NCBI GenBank assembly: GCA_964357175.1
Contig: CAYHJU010000004.1
Coordinates: 1-38,131, forward strand
Direction of reading: 5' to 3'
Origin: an uncultured Candidatus Saccharibacteria bacterium
GTDB lineage: Bacteria > Patescibacteriota > Minisyncoccia > GWC2-36-17 > CAYHJU01
Length of the DNA: 38,131 nucleotides
Part shown: positions 20,040 to 28,545 of the stretch, one piece after another
Layout: every line of letters starts with the position of its first letter
Position numbering within the stretch: the first letter of the stretch is position 1
Position numbers and translations under genes: made by a program
The notes under the pieces: model-generated
What the model saw: the letters and a program-made list of their open reading frames with translations, nothing else
What the model was told of the DNA's origin: nothing
Database searches by the model: none

Positions 20040-20564
20040 ATGGGAAATTTTAATCGTGGTAGTGGTAAGGGTCAATTTGGAGGTAGTGGGGGCGGAAATA
20101 GATTTGGTGGAAAAAATTCTGGACGACCAAATTTTCCGAGAAAAAGCTGGGGAGGGCAAAGTTCGGGATCCGGAGACAGGGGGCCTGCTGTTATGCATCA
20201 GGCAATATGTGACGAATGTAAAAAAAGCTGTGAGGTTCCTTTTCGTCCAATGTCAGGAAAGCCCGTTTATTGTAGCGAATGTTTTAGCAACAAGAAGGAA
20301 CAAGGCGGCGATAGATTTGCCAGAAGAGAGTTCGTTGATAGAATGCCCGCTAAGAATAATTTTATAAATGATAATGGAGGAGGGGACATTGGAAAGAAGC
20401 AATTAGAATTAATAACTATAAAATTAGATCAACTTATTAAATCAGTGGAGAAAATTGCGCAATCCCAAGCTGGTCAGACTCAAAGCGCTCCAAAGATAAT
20501 AGCTAAAAAGGTTGATGTTTTTAAACCTAAAAAAATAGTCAAAGGAAAATCTTCAAAAAAGTAA
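20040..20564 (+). CDS. CxxC-x17-CxxC zinc-ribbon protein with Gly/Arg-rich N-terminus
   Basis: MHQAICDECKKSCEVPFRPMSGKPVYCSECF. Confidence 0.88.
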   Translation: MGNFNRGSGKGQFGGSGGGNRFGGKNSGRPNFPRKSWGGQSSGSGDRGPAVMHQAICDECKKSCEVPFRPMSGKPVYCSECFSNKKEQGGDRFARREFVDRMPAKNNFINDNGGGDIGKKQLELITIKLDQLIKSVEKIAQSQAGQTQSAPKIIAKKVDVFKPKKIVKGKSSKK

Positions 20565-20653
20565 GGCGTTATAAGACCATGCTTAAACCGCTAACTATTA
20601 TTTTGGAAAAGAAAAACCGGCCCTTTTGAGCCGGTTTTATTTTTTAACTAAAA

Positions 20654-21811
20654 TTATATTTTATGTACCAAAACCGATAAAATCATGCCCAACATTGACC
20701 AGTCAACGCTTGCTTGTTTGCAAATCTCACCCAGTTTCATAATTTCAACATAGGTTCGTTCAGTGTCTTCTACGACTCCGTGAGCAATGCCTTGCTGAGA
20801 ACGAAGCCAATCCAATTCTTGGTCAGTAATTTCTACCGAGAACAGATGGGCTTTGTGAGCTGATAGAGTGGCAACTAATTGACGAGCTTCATGCTTTTTA
20901 ATTCTGCTTGATTCAATCTTTAGTCCGGTTTCTTCCTCGCATTCATTGGCGGCAAGCACCAAGGGGTCTCCTTTGGGCTTAAAAGATGAACCACCAGGCA
21001 CTTCCCAAACATACCCATCAGAAGTTGTTACGGGACTGCGGAATTCACGAATTAAAACAATGTCCGTGTTATATAAATCCGCTTTCTTTTGATACATAAC
21101 AATGGTAGCTATGTCTGGCCTGGAAATTACTACTTCGTTAGTTTTATTTCGATTTTCTTTGGTAATATAAACATTAACGTGCAAAATCCAAAAGAAAACA
21201 AAACCTCTTTTTGGACCCACGCGAAATGTCCACTCTACTTTTGCTCCGTCTAAACGATTGCCCGCTGATTTTTGAGCTTGATACCAATTTTGAAAATGTG
21301 ACGTTCGCCAAATATATAACGGGACATCTCTTTCGCCGCCAGTTCTCAAAGCTCCTTCGCCGATCATCTCTAAAGCGTTTTTAATCGTTTCTTCTAAAGT
21401 GTTGGCAATGGGCACTTGAAATTTGCAAGCATAATATTCTTGATAACGAATATTTATGGCCTCATAGGGTGCTCCAAAAACGACTTTGCCGCTATTTTGC
21501 CAAACGCCCCATTCTGTATTAGTTGTTAGAGCAGGCATGGTCTTCATGTTTCGTGGAACCCAAAAAACAATACAATCAGACATATGAAGACATTTTTCTT
21601 CCCATTCTACTTGATTATTATAATCAAATCGTTGCTTCTTATTTGAGCGTTCTGGATTAAAAACAACTCCGTCATACCCAAGTTTTTTAAGAATTTTAAG
21701 CGCTTCAGGGCGCCATGAAGATGTTTTCTTTGAACGTGGAGTAGGACCAGCCAAAAAAATTGCCTTACTAAAACTTTCGGGTAATTCTTCTCCCGCGTAA
21801 ATAACTCTCAT
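20654..21811 (-). CDS. Nucleoside 2-deoxyribosyltransferase-like domain fused to a NUDIX hydrolase
   Basis: N-term IFLAGPTPR..SWR..QVEWE..DCIVFW..TTNTEWG; C-term REFRSP..WEVPGG..ANECEEETG; ATG at 21811 after AAGGAG; terminator 20612-20638. Confidence 0.8.
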   Translation of the reverse strand: MRVIYAGEELPESFSKAIFLAGPTPRSKKTSSWRPEALKILKKLGYDGVVFNPERSNKKQRFDYNNQVEWEEKCLHMSDCIVFWVPRNMKTMPALTTNTEWGVWQNSGKVVFGAPYEAINIRYQEYYACKFQVPIANTLEETIKNALEMIGEGALRTGGERDVPLYIWRTSHFQNWYQAQKSAGNRLDGAKVEWTFRVGPKRGFVFFWILHVNVYITKENRNKTNEVVISRPDIATIVMYQKKADLYNTDIVLIREFRSPVTTSDGYVWEVPGGSSFKPKGDPLVLAANECEEETGLKIESSRIKKHEARQLVATLSAHKAHLFSVEITDQELDWLRSQQGIAHGVVEDTERTYVEIMKLGEICKQASVDWSMLGMILSVLVHKI

Positions 21812-21931
21812 GGATTTCTCCTTTTTAAAGATCAAAAACTTACCTAAAGCATAGGTTTGTTTTTATTTTTTGTAAAGATATTGTTTTAGAAATTAAAAAA
21901 GAAAAACCCCGACTTTGTGTCGGGGGTATTT

Positions 21932-22270
21932 TTATTTAGTATCGTATTTTTCCAAAATCGTTATGAACGGGAAACGCTTAACGCTGTAAGCGTATCCGCG
22001 CAGGATATCCCTTGTCCCGCGATACTCCTCATCATAACCGAGATTAAAAGAAGCACGATTGGCCCACCACCAGTAGCGAAACCCTTCGGTTTCAACAAAG
22101 CTTCGCCACTCCTCGGGGTTGAATTGGACTAGCATTGCGCTAAATCCATGCCCGGCTGTTGTAATAGCGACTCGTTGCGGGCGAAGGTCAATTTTGGGCA
22201 CAAAAACCCATGGTGGGGTTAAGCGTGTTTGTTCTGGGACTGAGCCACTTTTTGAATCCATCTTTGTCAA
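21932..22270 (-). CDS. Hypothetical protein, possibly frameshifted near the N-terminus
   Basis: 112-aa ORF with terminator 21902-21927; the SD-positioned ATG at 22277 is out of frame. Confidence 0.55.
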   Translation of the reverse strand: MTKMDSKSGSVPEQTRLTPPWVFVPKIDLRPQRVAITTAGHGFSAMLVQFNPEEWRSFVETEGFRYWWWANRASFNLGYDEEYRGTRDILRGYAYSVKRFPFITILEKYDTK

Positions 22271-22530
22271 ATCGCATTTCCGCGTCCTTTCTTTTCAAAG
22301 AACTCAACTTGTCTAAAGCTTAGGTTTATTTTTGTATTTTGTAAAGATATTCGCGGGGTCGTGTTGTGAGGGATCCGTCCAAGACGGACAAGTGTTACTG
22401 TGTCCGTCCTAGTCCGAAGGAGGAGAAATATTTTAGAGGGGGGAGAGTAAGAAAAAAGAGACACACGAGTGTCTCTTTTTGGAGATTTGATCCCATCTGT
22501 TAAAGAGGGGATAATTTTTAACTTCGTAGA

Positions 22531-23142
22531 TTATAGGGCTAAGGAGTAGATTTTTTTGGCACCATCCAATCTAAAGCCCATTCTTCTGGCTGTAACGTCA
22601 TATTTCATATACAAATGTTGTTTCTTTTCGGGGCATGCAGAATACCACACGCTATCTCTGCTTCTTATGATGTTAATTTGTTTTATGCTATGGAATTTGG
22701 CCCAATCCAAAACAATTTGTACAAGCATTTTTTCCCAGCGAAATGGACAAAGCTCGGTATTTTTATTTTTGACGCCCTGAATTTGCCTTATAACACATCT
22801 AGAGTCATTTTCTTCTAGATCGAACCCGATGCTACAGATAGGTTTATTATTTTTAAACAAAACAAAATTATAGTTAGCGTCAAAATAAATAGAATGAAAG
22901 TTGCCACACCCCCAACCTTCGCCATAATATAAATAAATTTTAAACGAATTTGAAGTTAGTTTATCAGTAAAATTTTTCTTTAGAAATTTTTTTAAATAAT
23001 CAACCAGATCAATTCTTCCATAGGGTCCTCCACTGATCATGTTTCTGAACAATTCTGGCGCATCGTCTAATTTTTTGGGATTGACACTTAATTTTCTACC
23101 AAAAAATTCTAAAAATTTTGCCAGGAGGCTTTTTTTGAGCAA
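22531..23142 (-). CDS. Hypothetical protein, possibly VirK/YbjX (DUF535)-like
   Basis: CSIGF..IRQIQGV..W..YD..ARRMGF pattern; GAGGAG SD, TTG start, TTGACA promoter; terminator 22452-22480. Confidence 0.55.
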   Translation of the reverse strand: MLKKSLLAKFLEFFGRKLSVNPKKLDDAPELFRNMISGGPYGRIDLVDYLKKFLKKNFTDKLTSNSFKIYLYYGEGWGCGNFHSIYFDANYNFVLFKNNKPICSIGFDLEENDSRCVIRQIQGVKNKNTELCPFRWEKMLVQIVLDWAKFHSIKQINIIRSRDSVWYSACPEKKQHLYMKYDVTARRMGFRLDGAKKIYSLAL

Positions 23143-23386
23143 GGCTTTTACTCCTCTGCGTTACTGTAAAAGGGCTAAATGATTAATATCACATTTAGTA
23201 ACACGTTGTCAATACTTTGCCTGGGAATTTTAATTTTTTGGCAGGCTGTTGTTTTGGAAAAGAGCCAAATCAAAAAGCCAGCATTCTCTGGCTTTTTGTG
23301 GGCATTTCCCGGACCGTTGATGTTAGAACTTTTTTGGAATACGCTGTTATTCGATATTCAGGCTATTAATACTCTATACCAGCTTG

Positions 23387-23767
23387 TTACTTAAGAGCAT
23401 CCACAGTTGCGGAAACAGCACGATCCATAAAAAAAATACTTGCCCTTGAAGCCGCGCTTCCCCCTTCTTTTATATCATTGAAATTGCTCTGAAGCTCATT
23501 GTCGGCAGTTGCTTTTGTGGCTTCTGTGAGTGATAAAATCCAATCTGTCTCAGAAAATGGTTGCCTAGTTGGTAGACCGGCCTGTTTTCGAGCAGGCTCT
23601 AAAAGCAAATCTAGGGCTTTAGCGTAAGTTAAGCCCTTATCAATTTTATTTTGCAAAGCCTCTTTTTCACTGCCCAATTTGATCTTTCCTTGCTGTAAAG
23701 ACCATGCCCAGCCAACACTAGCTAGCAATAGAACTACCAATACTACAACAATAATATTTTTGTTCAT
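23387..23767 (-). CDS. Hypothetical exported/membrane-anchored protein
   Basis: 126 aa, hydrophobic N-terminus; hairpin 23272-23297 downstream. Confidence 0.7.
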   Translation of the reverse strand: MNKNIIVVVLVVLLLASVGWAWSLQQGKIKLGSEKEALQNKIDKGLTYAKALDLLLEPARKQAGLPTRQPFSETDWILSLTEATKATADNELQSNFNDIKEGGSAASRASIFFMDRAVSATVDALK

Positions 23768-24055
23768 TTTAAATTATTTATTTATACTTTCTAAAAACTT
23801 GACCTTTTTTATTTCTTTTTTTATTTTAACAAAAAATTGCTTCCTTGGCAATCGAATCATGAGATAGAGCAAATTAAAACCAGGCCTTCTCGGATCTCTC
23901 ACTAAATGGGGTCGCATCGTGAAGGATGTTAGAAATATTTTAGAGAGGGAAGAAGAGAAAAAGATGCACAAGATACTTGACTATTTTTCAACCACATGGT
24001 AAATATGTAATAGCTGTTTTACAACTAAACGGGGAGTCAAATAAGGAGGTTACGG

Positions 24056-24805
24056 ATGCGGATAATCAGGGCTCTGTATAAAATCTTTTTATTTATTGTT
24101 CTTTTAGAAGTGGTGCTTGCGATCCATGAATATGGTCATTTGCGTGAATTTCAAAAAAAGCACGTTCCTATCCAGGAGTTTTCTTTGGGGGTGGGGCCAG
24201 TTGTGTACCAGAATCAAATGAATTCTTTTATTTTTAGTGTAAGGCTTATTCCTTTAGCGGCATATGTGGCGGCAGAGGACGGTGAAGCGTATAGCAAATT
24301 ATCCGCATGGGATAAAATCATCATATACATGGCGGGCATAAGAAATAATATTTTATCCGCTGTAATTTTTGTATTTTTCTTCCAGATCCTTGGATGGAAA
24401 AGAGATAATTTGTCTTCTCGAGAACTTGTTAAAACAATAGCTATAACGCCAGTAAAGATCGTGGCAAGATTTTTCTACTTGTTGTTTGGCTGTATAACTT
24501 TTGGATTCATAAAACCACCGAGCTGGATTCTTGTCTCGACTGGAAAAATTCACCCACCAAAACTAATTAGAGAATTTATGTTTTTTAGTTTGGTGTTGGG
24601 GCTTTTCAATTTGGCGCCAATCTCTATGCTGGACGGCGGCCAAATAGCCAAAACTGTAATTCAGTCAATGGGTTATGGCGAATATTTAGCAATGATTCCT
24701 CAGTTTGTGTCCTCTCTTGTTTTAATGTTTCTTATTATCATCGCAAACGTCTGTTTGGACTTGAGACTTTTTGAATTTGATCTCAAGCAGGAAAAAACTT
24801 TGTAG
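24056..24805 (+). CDS. Site-2 (M50) intramembrane metalloprotease without PDZ
   Basis: HEYGH, FSLGVGP, AGIRNN, FNLAPISMLDGG; TAAGGAGG SD; terminator 24830-24855. Confidence 0.88.
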   Translation: MRIIRALYKIFLFIVLLEVVLAIHEYGHLREFQKKHVPIQEFSLGVGPVVYQNQMNSFIFSVRLIPLAAYVAAEDGEAYSKLSAWDKIIIYMAGIRNNILSAVIFVFFFQILGWKRDNLSSRELVKTIAITPVKIVARFFYLLFGCITFGFIKPPSWILVSTGKIHPPKLIREFMFFSLVLGLFNLAPISMLDGGQIAKTVIQSMGYGEYLAMIPQFVSSLVLMFLIIIANVCLDLRLFEFDLKQEKTL

Positions 24806-24968
24806 AATATATGTAAAAAGACATGTAACAACACCCCCAATATGGGGTGTTTTTATTTGGTGTTAATTATTAACAAATTGGATGCCAAAGCTATTTAACG
24901 ATTACGAACCGCAACAAATGCTGATGAATAAAGGAAAAAGTGCCGTTTTTGACAGCGCTTCTCCTGTT

Positions 24969-25044
24969 TGGGGTGGATGATGGGATTCGAACCCACAACC
25001 GCCAGAGCCACAATCTGGTGCTCTACCATTGAGCTACACCCACC
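24969..25044 (-). tRNA. tRNA-His (GTG)
   Basis: Cloverleaf with G-1, anticodon arm CCAGA-TTGTGGC-TCTGG, GGTTCGAATCC, encoded CCA. Confidence 0.96.
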
Positions 25045-25122
25045 AATTTTTTACATGTTCATTATACCATTTTTAAGGTGATAAAATAACTTTCATACAT
25101 TTTAGAATCTAGAATATAATAA

Positions 25123-25225
25123 CAATTTTCAATTTCCAATTCTCAATTTTCAATGAATTTTCAATGATTTAATTTTTAATTTAAAACTTTAATTTTTAAC
25201 TTTTCACTTTTAATTTTAAATTTTC
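25123..25225. repeat. Degenerate 6-7-nt tandem repeats (AATTTTC / TTTAAT)
   Basis: aattttc aatttcc aattctc aattttc aatg... followed by tttaat-type units. Confidence 0.55.
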
Positions 25226-25265
25226 TTCTACTTTCTATTTACTATTTTCTAAATTCTTTCGGGGA

Positions 25266-26303
25266 TTACTCTTCTTGAAAAGCGCTTATTATATCATCTA
25301 AATTTCCATCCATTATGTTGGCAATATTATGCCAGCTTTTTTGTATGCGGTGATCGGTGATGCGGTCCTGTGGAAAATTATATGTACGAATTTTTTCAGC
25401 TCTCTCGGCAGTGCCTATTTGAGATTTACGCAAACCTTCCTCCGTGCTTCTGCGCTTATCCTCTTCCATTTGATAAAGCTTGGAGCGCAATATCTCCAGC
25501 GCCAATTCTTTGTTGCGAGCTTGAGACCTCTCTGTTTGAGATCTGATGACTATACCTGTGGACGCGTGGATTAAACGCACAGCGGTTTCTACTTTGTTCA
25601 CATTTTGTCCTCCAGGTCCGCCAGAGCGGGTGGTCTCAAATTTGATGTCCTGTGATTTTATGTTTATCTTGGTTTCAGGCACTTTGGGTAAAATAGCGAC
25701 TGAGGCGGTAGAGGTGTGCACGCGGCCGCCTTTTTCTGTCTCGGGTATTCTTTGCACACGATGCACGCCACTCTCTTGTTTTAAAAGATTATAAACATTT
25801 TTGCCCGAAAGTGAAAAAACTATTTCTTTGTATCCGCCAATATCTGTGCGAGAAGAGTCCAATGTTTCAAGTGCGAATCCATTTCTTTCGGCAAAGCGGG
25901 AATACATTCTAAATAGATCTCCGGCAAAAAGCGCCGCCTCTCCACCCCCTGTGCCTGCCCGAATTTCAACGAGGGCGCCATTTATCTGTTCTGCCTTGGT
26001 AGACGTGAGTTCCTTGTATTCTTTTTCAAAGTCCGTGAGATTTTTTAAAAGTTGAGGCAATTCATCTTCTGCCATTTTTTTAAATTCGGATTCGTTTTCT
26101 GAAGACATTATTTTTTTATTTTCCTCTATATTTTTCTCAACGTCTTCAATTTTTTGAATTATAGCGATATGTTTTTGAAGTTCAGAAAATCTAGATGCTA
26201 TATCTTTAGCTTCTTGTGGATGAGCTGAAAAAAGCTCGGGGTCGGCGAGCTTTTTTTCTAAATCCGCGTACTCTTTTTTTATGTCCAAAAAACGCGAATC
26301 CAT
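25266..26303 (-). CDS. prfA: Peptide chain release factor 1
   Basis: [28 protein letters not shown] (PxT), [20 protein letters not shown]. Confidence 0.97.
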   Translation of the reverse strand: MDSRFLDIKKEYADLEKKLADPELFSAHPQEAKDIASRFSELQKHIAIIQKIEDVEKNIEENKKIMSSENESEFKKMAEDELPQLLKNLTDFEKEYKELTSTKAEQINGALVEIRAGTGGGEAALFAGDLFRMYSRFAERNGFALETLDSSRTDIGGYKEIVFSLSGKNVYNLLKQESGVHRVQRIPETEKGGRVHTSTASVAILPKVPETKINIKSQDIKFETTRSGGPGGQNVNKVETAVRLIHASTGIVIRSQTERSQARNKELALEILRSKLYQMEEDKRRSTEEGLRKSQIGTAERAEKIRTYNFPQDRITDHRIQKSWHNIANIMDGNLDDIISAFQEE

Positions 26304-26313
26304 AAGAAATAAA

Positions 26314-26529
26314 TTATTTTTTACTCTTGGTGGCTTTAGCCGAACGTCTCTTGAATTTCTCTACGCGTCCTGCGCTGTCCATGATTTTTTCTTTTCCTGT
26401 ATAAAAAGGATGGCAGGCGGAGCAAATTTCTACGCGAAGTTCCGCTTTGGCAGAACCTACTTTAAATTTATTTCCGCAAGCGCATACCACGTCCGCTTCT
26501 TGGTATTGAGGATGTATTTTTGGTTTCAT
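26314..26529 (-). CDS. rpmE: 50S ribosomal protein bL31 (Zn-binding type)
   Basis: [29 protein letters not shown]. Confidence 0.98.
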   Translation of the reverse strand: MKPKIHPQYQEADVVCACGNKFKVGSAKAELRVEICSACHPFYTGKEKIMDSAGRVEKFKRRSAKATKSKK

Positions 26530-26534
26530 ATCTT

Positions 26535-26594
26535 TTTACCCTGTTAAATGCCCTTTGGGCAATCCCACTTTGTGGGATTATTTAACGGGGTGAA
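26535..26594 (-). mobile_element. 60-bp MITE-like element (ACCCYGTTAAAT family)
   Basis: Reverse complement matches 34457-34516 at 56/60; terminal IRs enclose two small hairpins. Confidence 0.8.
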
Positions 26595-26701
26595 TTATTT
26601 TTTTAAATTAGACTGAATTCTATAAGATACTAACATAAATATATTTTTGTGGCAAGGAGCGGGCGGGCCTTACTATTATTTTGGAAAAGAAAAACCCGCT
26701 T

Positions 26702-26977
26702 CTAGGCGGGTGTCATTTTGAAATTTCTGCAAGTAAATTTTGCAAAAATAGAGCGGGAGTTTTTGTTTATCCAGATATATTTGATTTCTGGCTTTGTTTT
26801 TGAACATTGATGTATGATAGCCTCAATAAGAGAAATTGTCTGACCGGGCTCAATGATTTTATAATCATCTTCATTTTCGTCTTCAACCTTACAAATTTTA
26901 ATATCGGCTTCCGGAAAGCCGCTTTGGTAAACGATGTACTTTCCTGGGCTCAAGCCGCACTTCCTGAGAAGGGTCAT
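26702..26977 (-). CDS. Hypothetical protein (orphan unit)
   Basis: 91 aa; AAGGAG SD; conserved leader; stop codon lies in the terminator loop (26688-26711). Confidence 0.7.
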   Translation of the reverse strand: MTLLRKCGLSPGKYIVYQSGFPEADIKICKVEDENEDDYKIIEPGQTISLIEAIIHQCSKTKPEIKYIWINKNSRSIFAKFTCRNFKMTPA

Positions 26978-26983
26978 ATGCAG

Positions 26984-27067
26984 ACTCCTTTTTCAAGGTT
27001 CTTTATCTCTTCTACACCGTGTGGAAGAGATTGTGATTAATCTATCACGACTTGTTCAAAAGGTCAA
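26984..27067 (-). promoter_or_regulatory. Conserved ~85-bp leader, copy 4
   Basis: TTGACC-17-(TGa)TAGATT, ATCTCTTC..GAAGAGAT hairpin, GAACCTTGAAAAAGGAG. Confidence 0.88.
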
Positions 27068-27152
27068 ATGCTGGCTAAATTCTAGATTCTAAATTCTAGA
27101 TTCTAATTCGTGGGTTGACATCAAAATTCATTATGCTAACATTTCTAGTATT

Positions 27153-27296
27153 GTAGTCGCCATAGACAAGAAGCACTCCGCTTACAAGGTGGGGAATAAG
27201 ACTTCTCGAGGTGCTAAAGTTTTTGCGCAAAGTGATTTTGCGCAGAACAACGCTCTTGTGTGTTTGTGGGACCTCAAAAAAGGTCTTTTTTATTTT
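27153..27296 (+). ncRNA. Ribosomal protein L10 leader
   Basis: CCATAGACAAGAAG...TAA..CTTCTCGAGG pattern upstream of rplJ, followed by a GACCT/AGGTC hairpin with U-tract; TTGACA at 27115-27120. Confidence 0.75.
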
Positions 27297-27311
27297 ATAA
27301 ACTAATAATAT

Positions 27312-27827
27312 ATGCCACGAACTAGACAACAAAAAGAATTAACATTGAAAGAGGCTGTAGAAAGCGTTTCTAAAGCCAAATCTTTGGTTTTTGTTGGTAT
27401 GTCAGGCGTAAGTGTTTCCAAGCTTACAGATTTAAGAAAACAAATGCGCAAGCAAGGAGTCTCTTTTACTGTCATTAAAAAGACATTACTGAAAAAAGCT
27501 TTGGAACAAAATAACCTGAAGGCCGACAAAGAAGCTTTTGAAGACAAAAATATTTTCGGGGTAGCCATTGGTACAAATGACGAAGTGGCGCCGGCTAAAA
27601 TAATTTATGATTTTGCCAAAAAAGAAATGATGGCTAATAAAAATTTTAAATTAAACATGTTGGGAGGATTTCTTTTGGGCGATTTCTTGACAGCACAAGC
27701 AGTAAACAATTTAGGTAAACTGCCCAGCAAAGAACAACTCATTGCCCAATTTGTCTGTACTATTGCCGCTCCGCTTAAAAATATGCTGTACACCCTCTCA
27801 GCGGTAAAAGATAAATTAAGCGCATAA
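27312..27827 (+). CDS. rplJ: 50S ribosomal protein uL10
   Basis: GVSV..LTDLRK.MR, VIKKTLLKKA, LPSKEQLIAQ; upstream of rplL. Confidence 0.95.
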   Translation: MPRTRQQKELTLKEAVESVSKAKSLVFVGMSGVSVSKLTDLRKQMRKQGVSFTVIKKTLLKKALEQNNLKADKEAFEDKNIFGVAIGTNDEVAPAKIIYDFAKKEMMANKNFKLNMLGGFLLGDFLTAQAVNNLGKLPSKEQLIAQFVCTIAAPLKNMLYTLSAVKDKLSA

Positions 27828-27879
27828 TAATTAATTTCCGCCCAAAGCGGATCAGCCTCTGGCTGAAAAATAAATAAAT

Positions 27880-28272
27880 ATGGAAGAAGAAAAAAAAGCA
27901 GTTCCGGAAAAATTTTCGGACATTATAAAAAAGGTGGAAACTCTGAATGCCTTAGAGCTTTCTGAATTAATCCACACGCTCGAAGATTATTTTGGCGTTT
28001 CAGCATCTGTGCCGGTGGCAGTGGCTGGTGGGGTATCTAGCGAGGGTCCGGTTGAAGAAAAAACATCTTTTGATGTAGTTTTGACCAGCGGCGGTGGACA
28101 AAAAATACAGGTTATTAAGGTCATAAGAGAATTAACCGGCTTGGGCCTTAAAGAGGCCAAGGATGTGGTTGATAGTGCTCCTAAAAATGTAAAAGAGGGC
28201 ATGAACAAAGAAGATGCGGATGAATTGAAGAAAAGGCTCGAAGAAGCTGGCGCGACTGTGCAGATCAAGTAA
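27880..28272 (+). CDS. rplL: 50S ribosomal protein bL12
   Basis: [39 protein letters not shown]. Confidence 0.98.
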   Translation: MEEEKKAVPEKFSDIIKKVETLNALELSELIHTLEDYFGVSASVPVAVAGGVSSEGPVEEKTSFDVVLTSGGGQKIQVIKVIRELTGLGLKEAKDVVDSAPKNVKEGMNKEDADELKKRLEEAGATVQIK

Positions 28273-28283
28273 TTTTTAGTATC

Positions 28284-28447
28284 TTGGCGCGACTGTTGCT
28301 TCTCAAAACACACTCAATCGTTTCCAGCGAACGATTTCATCACGTCCTCGGAAAATTTATTTAAAATGAAACCTATTTTATAGGTTTCATTTTAAATACC
28401 AAGCAAATTTTCCTGCGGATGGTTTTTCAAAACAACAGTCGCGCCAA
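28284..28447. mobile_element. 164-bp MITE-like element
   Basis: 15-bp perfect TIR TTGGCGCGACTGTTG/CAACAGTCGCGCCAA; central AT-rich palindrome ATTTAAAATGAAACCTA..TAGGTTTCATTTTAAAT. Confidence 0.75.
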
Positions 28448-28545
28448 CTTATTGAGGGTGGGTTGTTGACGTTGAAAATCTTATCTAAACGTGGTATAAA
28501 AGAAAAAAGTGCGCTTATAAGCAACGGTCCATTTTTTAATTTATT

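Noticed and set aside
16882-24805. Prophage in the orphan-rich region
   Set aside because: No integrase, terminase, capsid, tail or replication genes; orientations are mixed and core-type genes are interspersed.
6004-27067. Leader repeats as a CRISPR array or integron attC sites
   Set aside because: Copies are kilobases apart with no repeat-spacer periodicity, no cas or intI gene is present, and no RYYYAAC/GTTRRRY ends frame them. They read as promoter plus 5' UTR.
27078-27109. AATTCTAGATTCTA tandem repeat (also GTAAGTAG-type repeats at 7376-7407)
   Set aside because: Short low-complexity intergenic repeats with no evidence of function from sequence alone.
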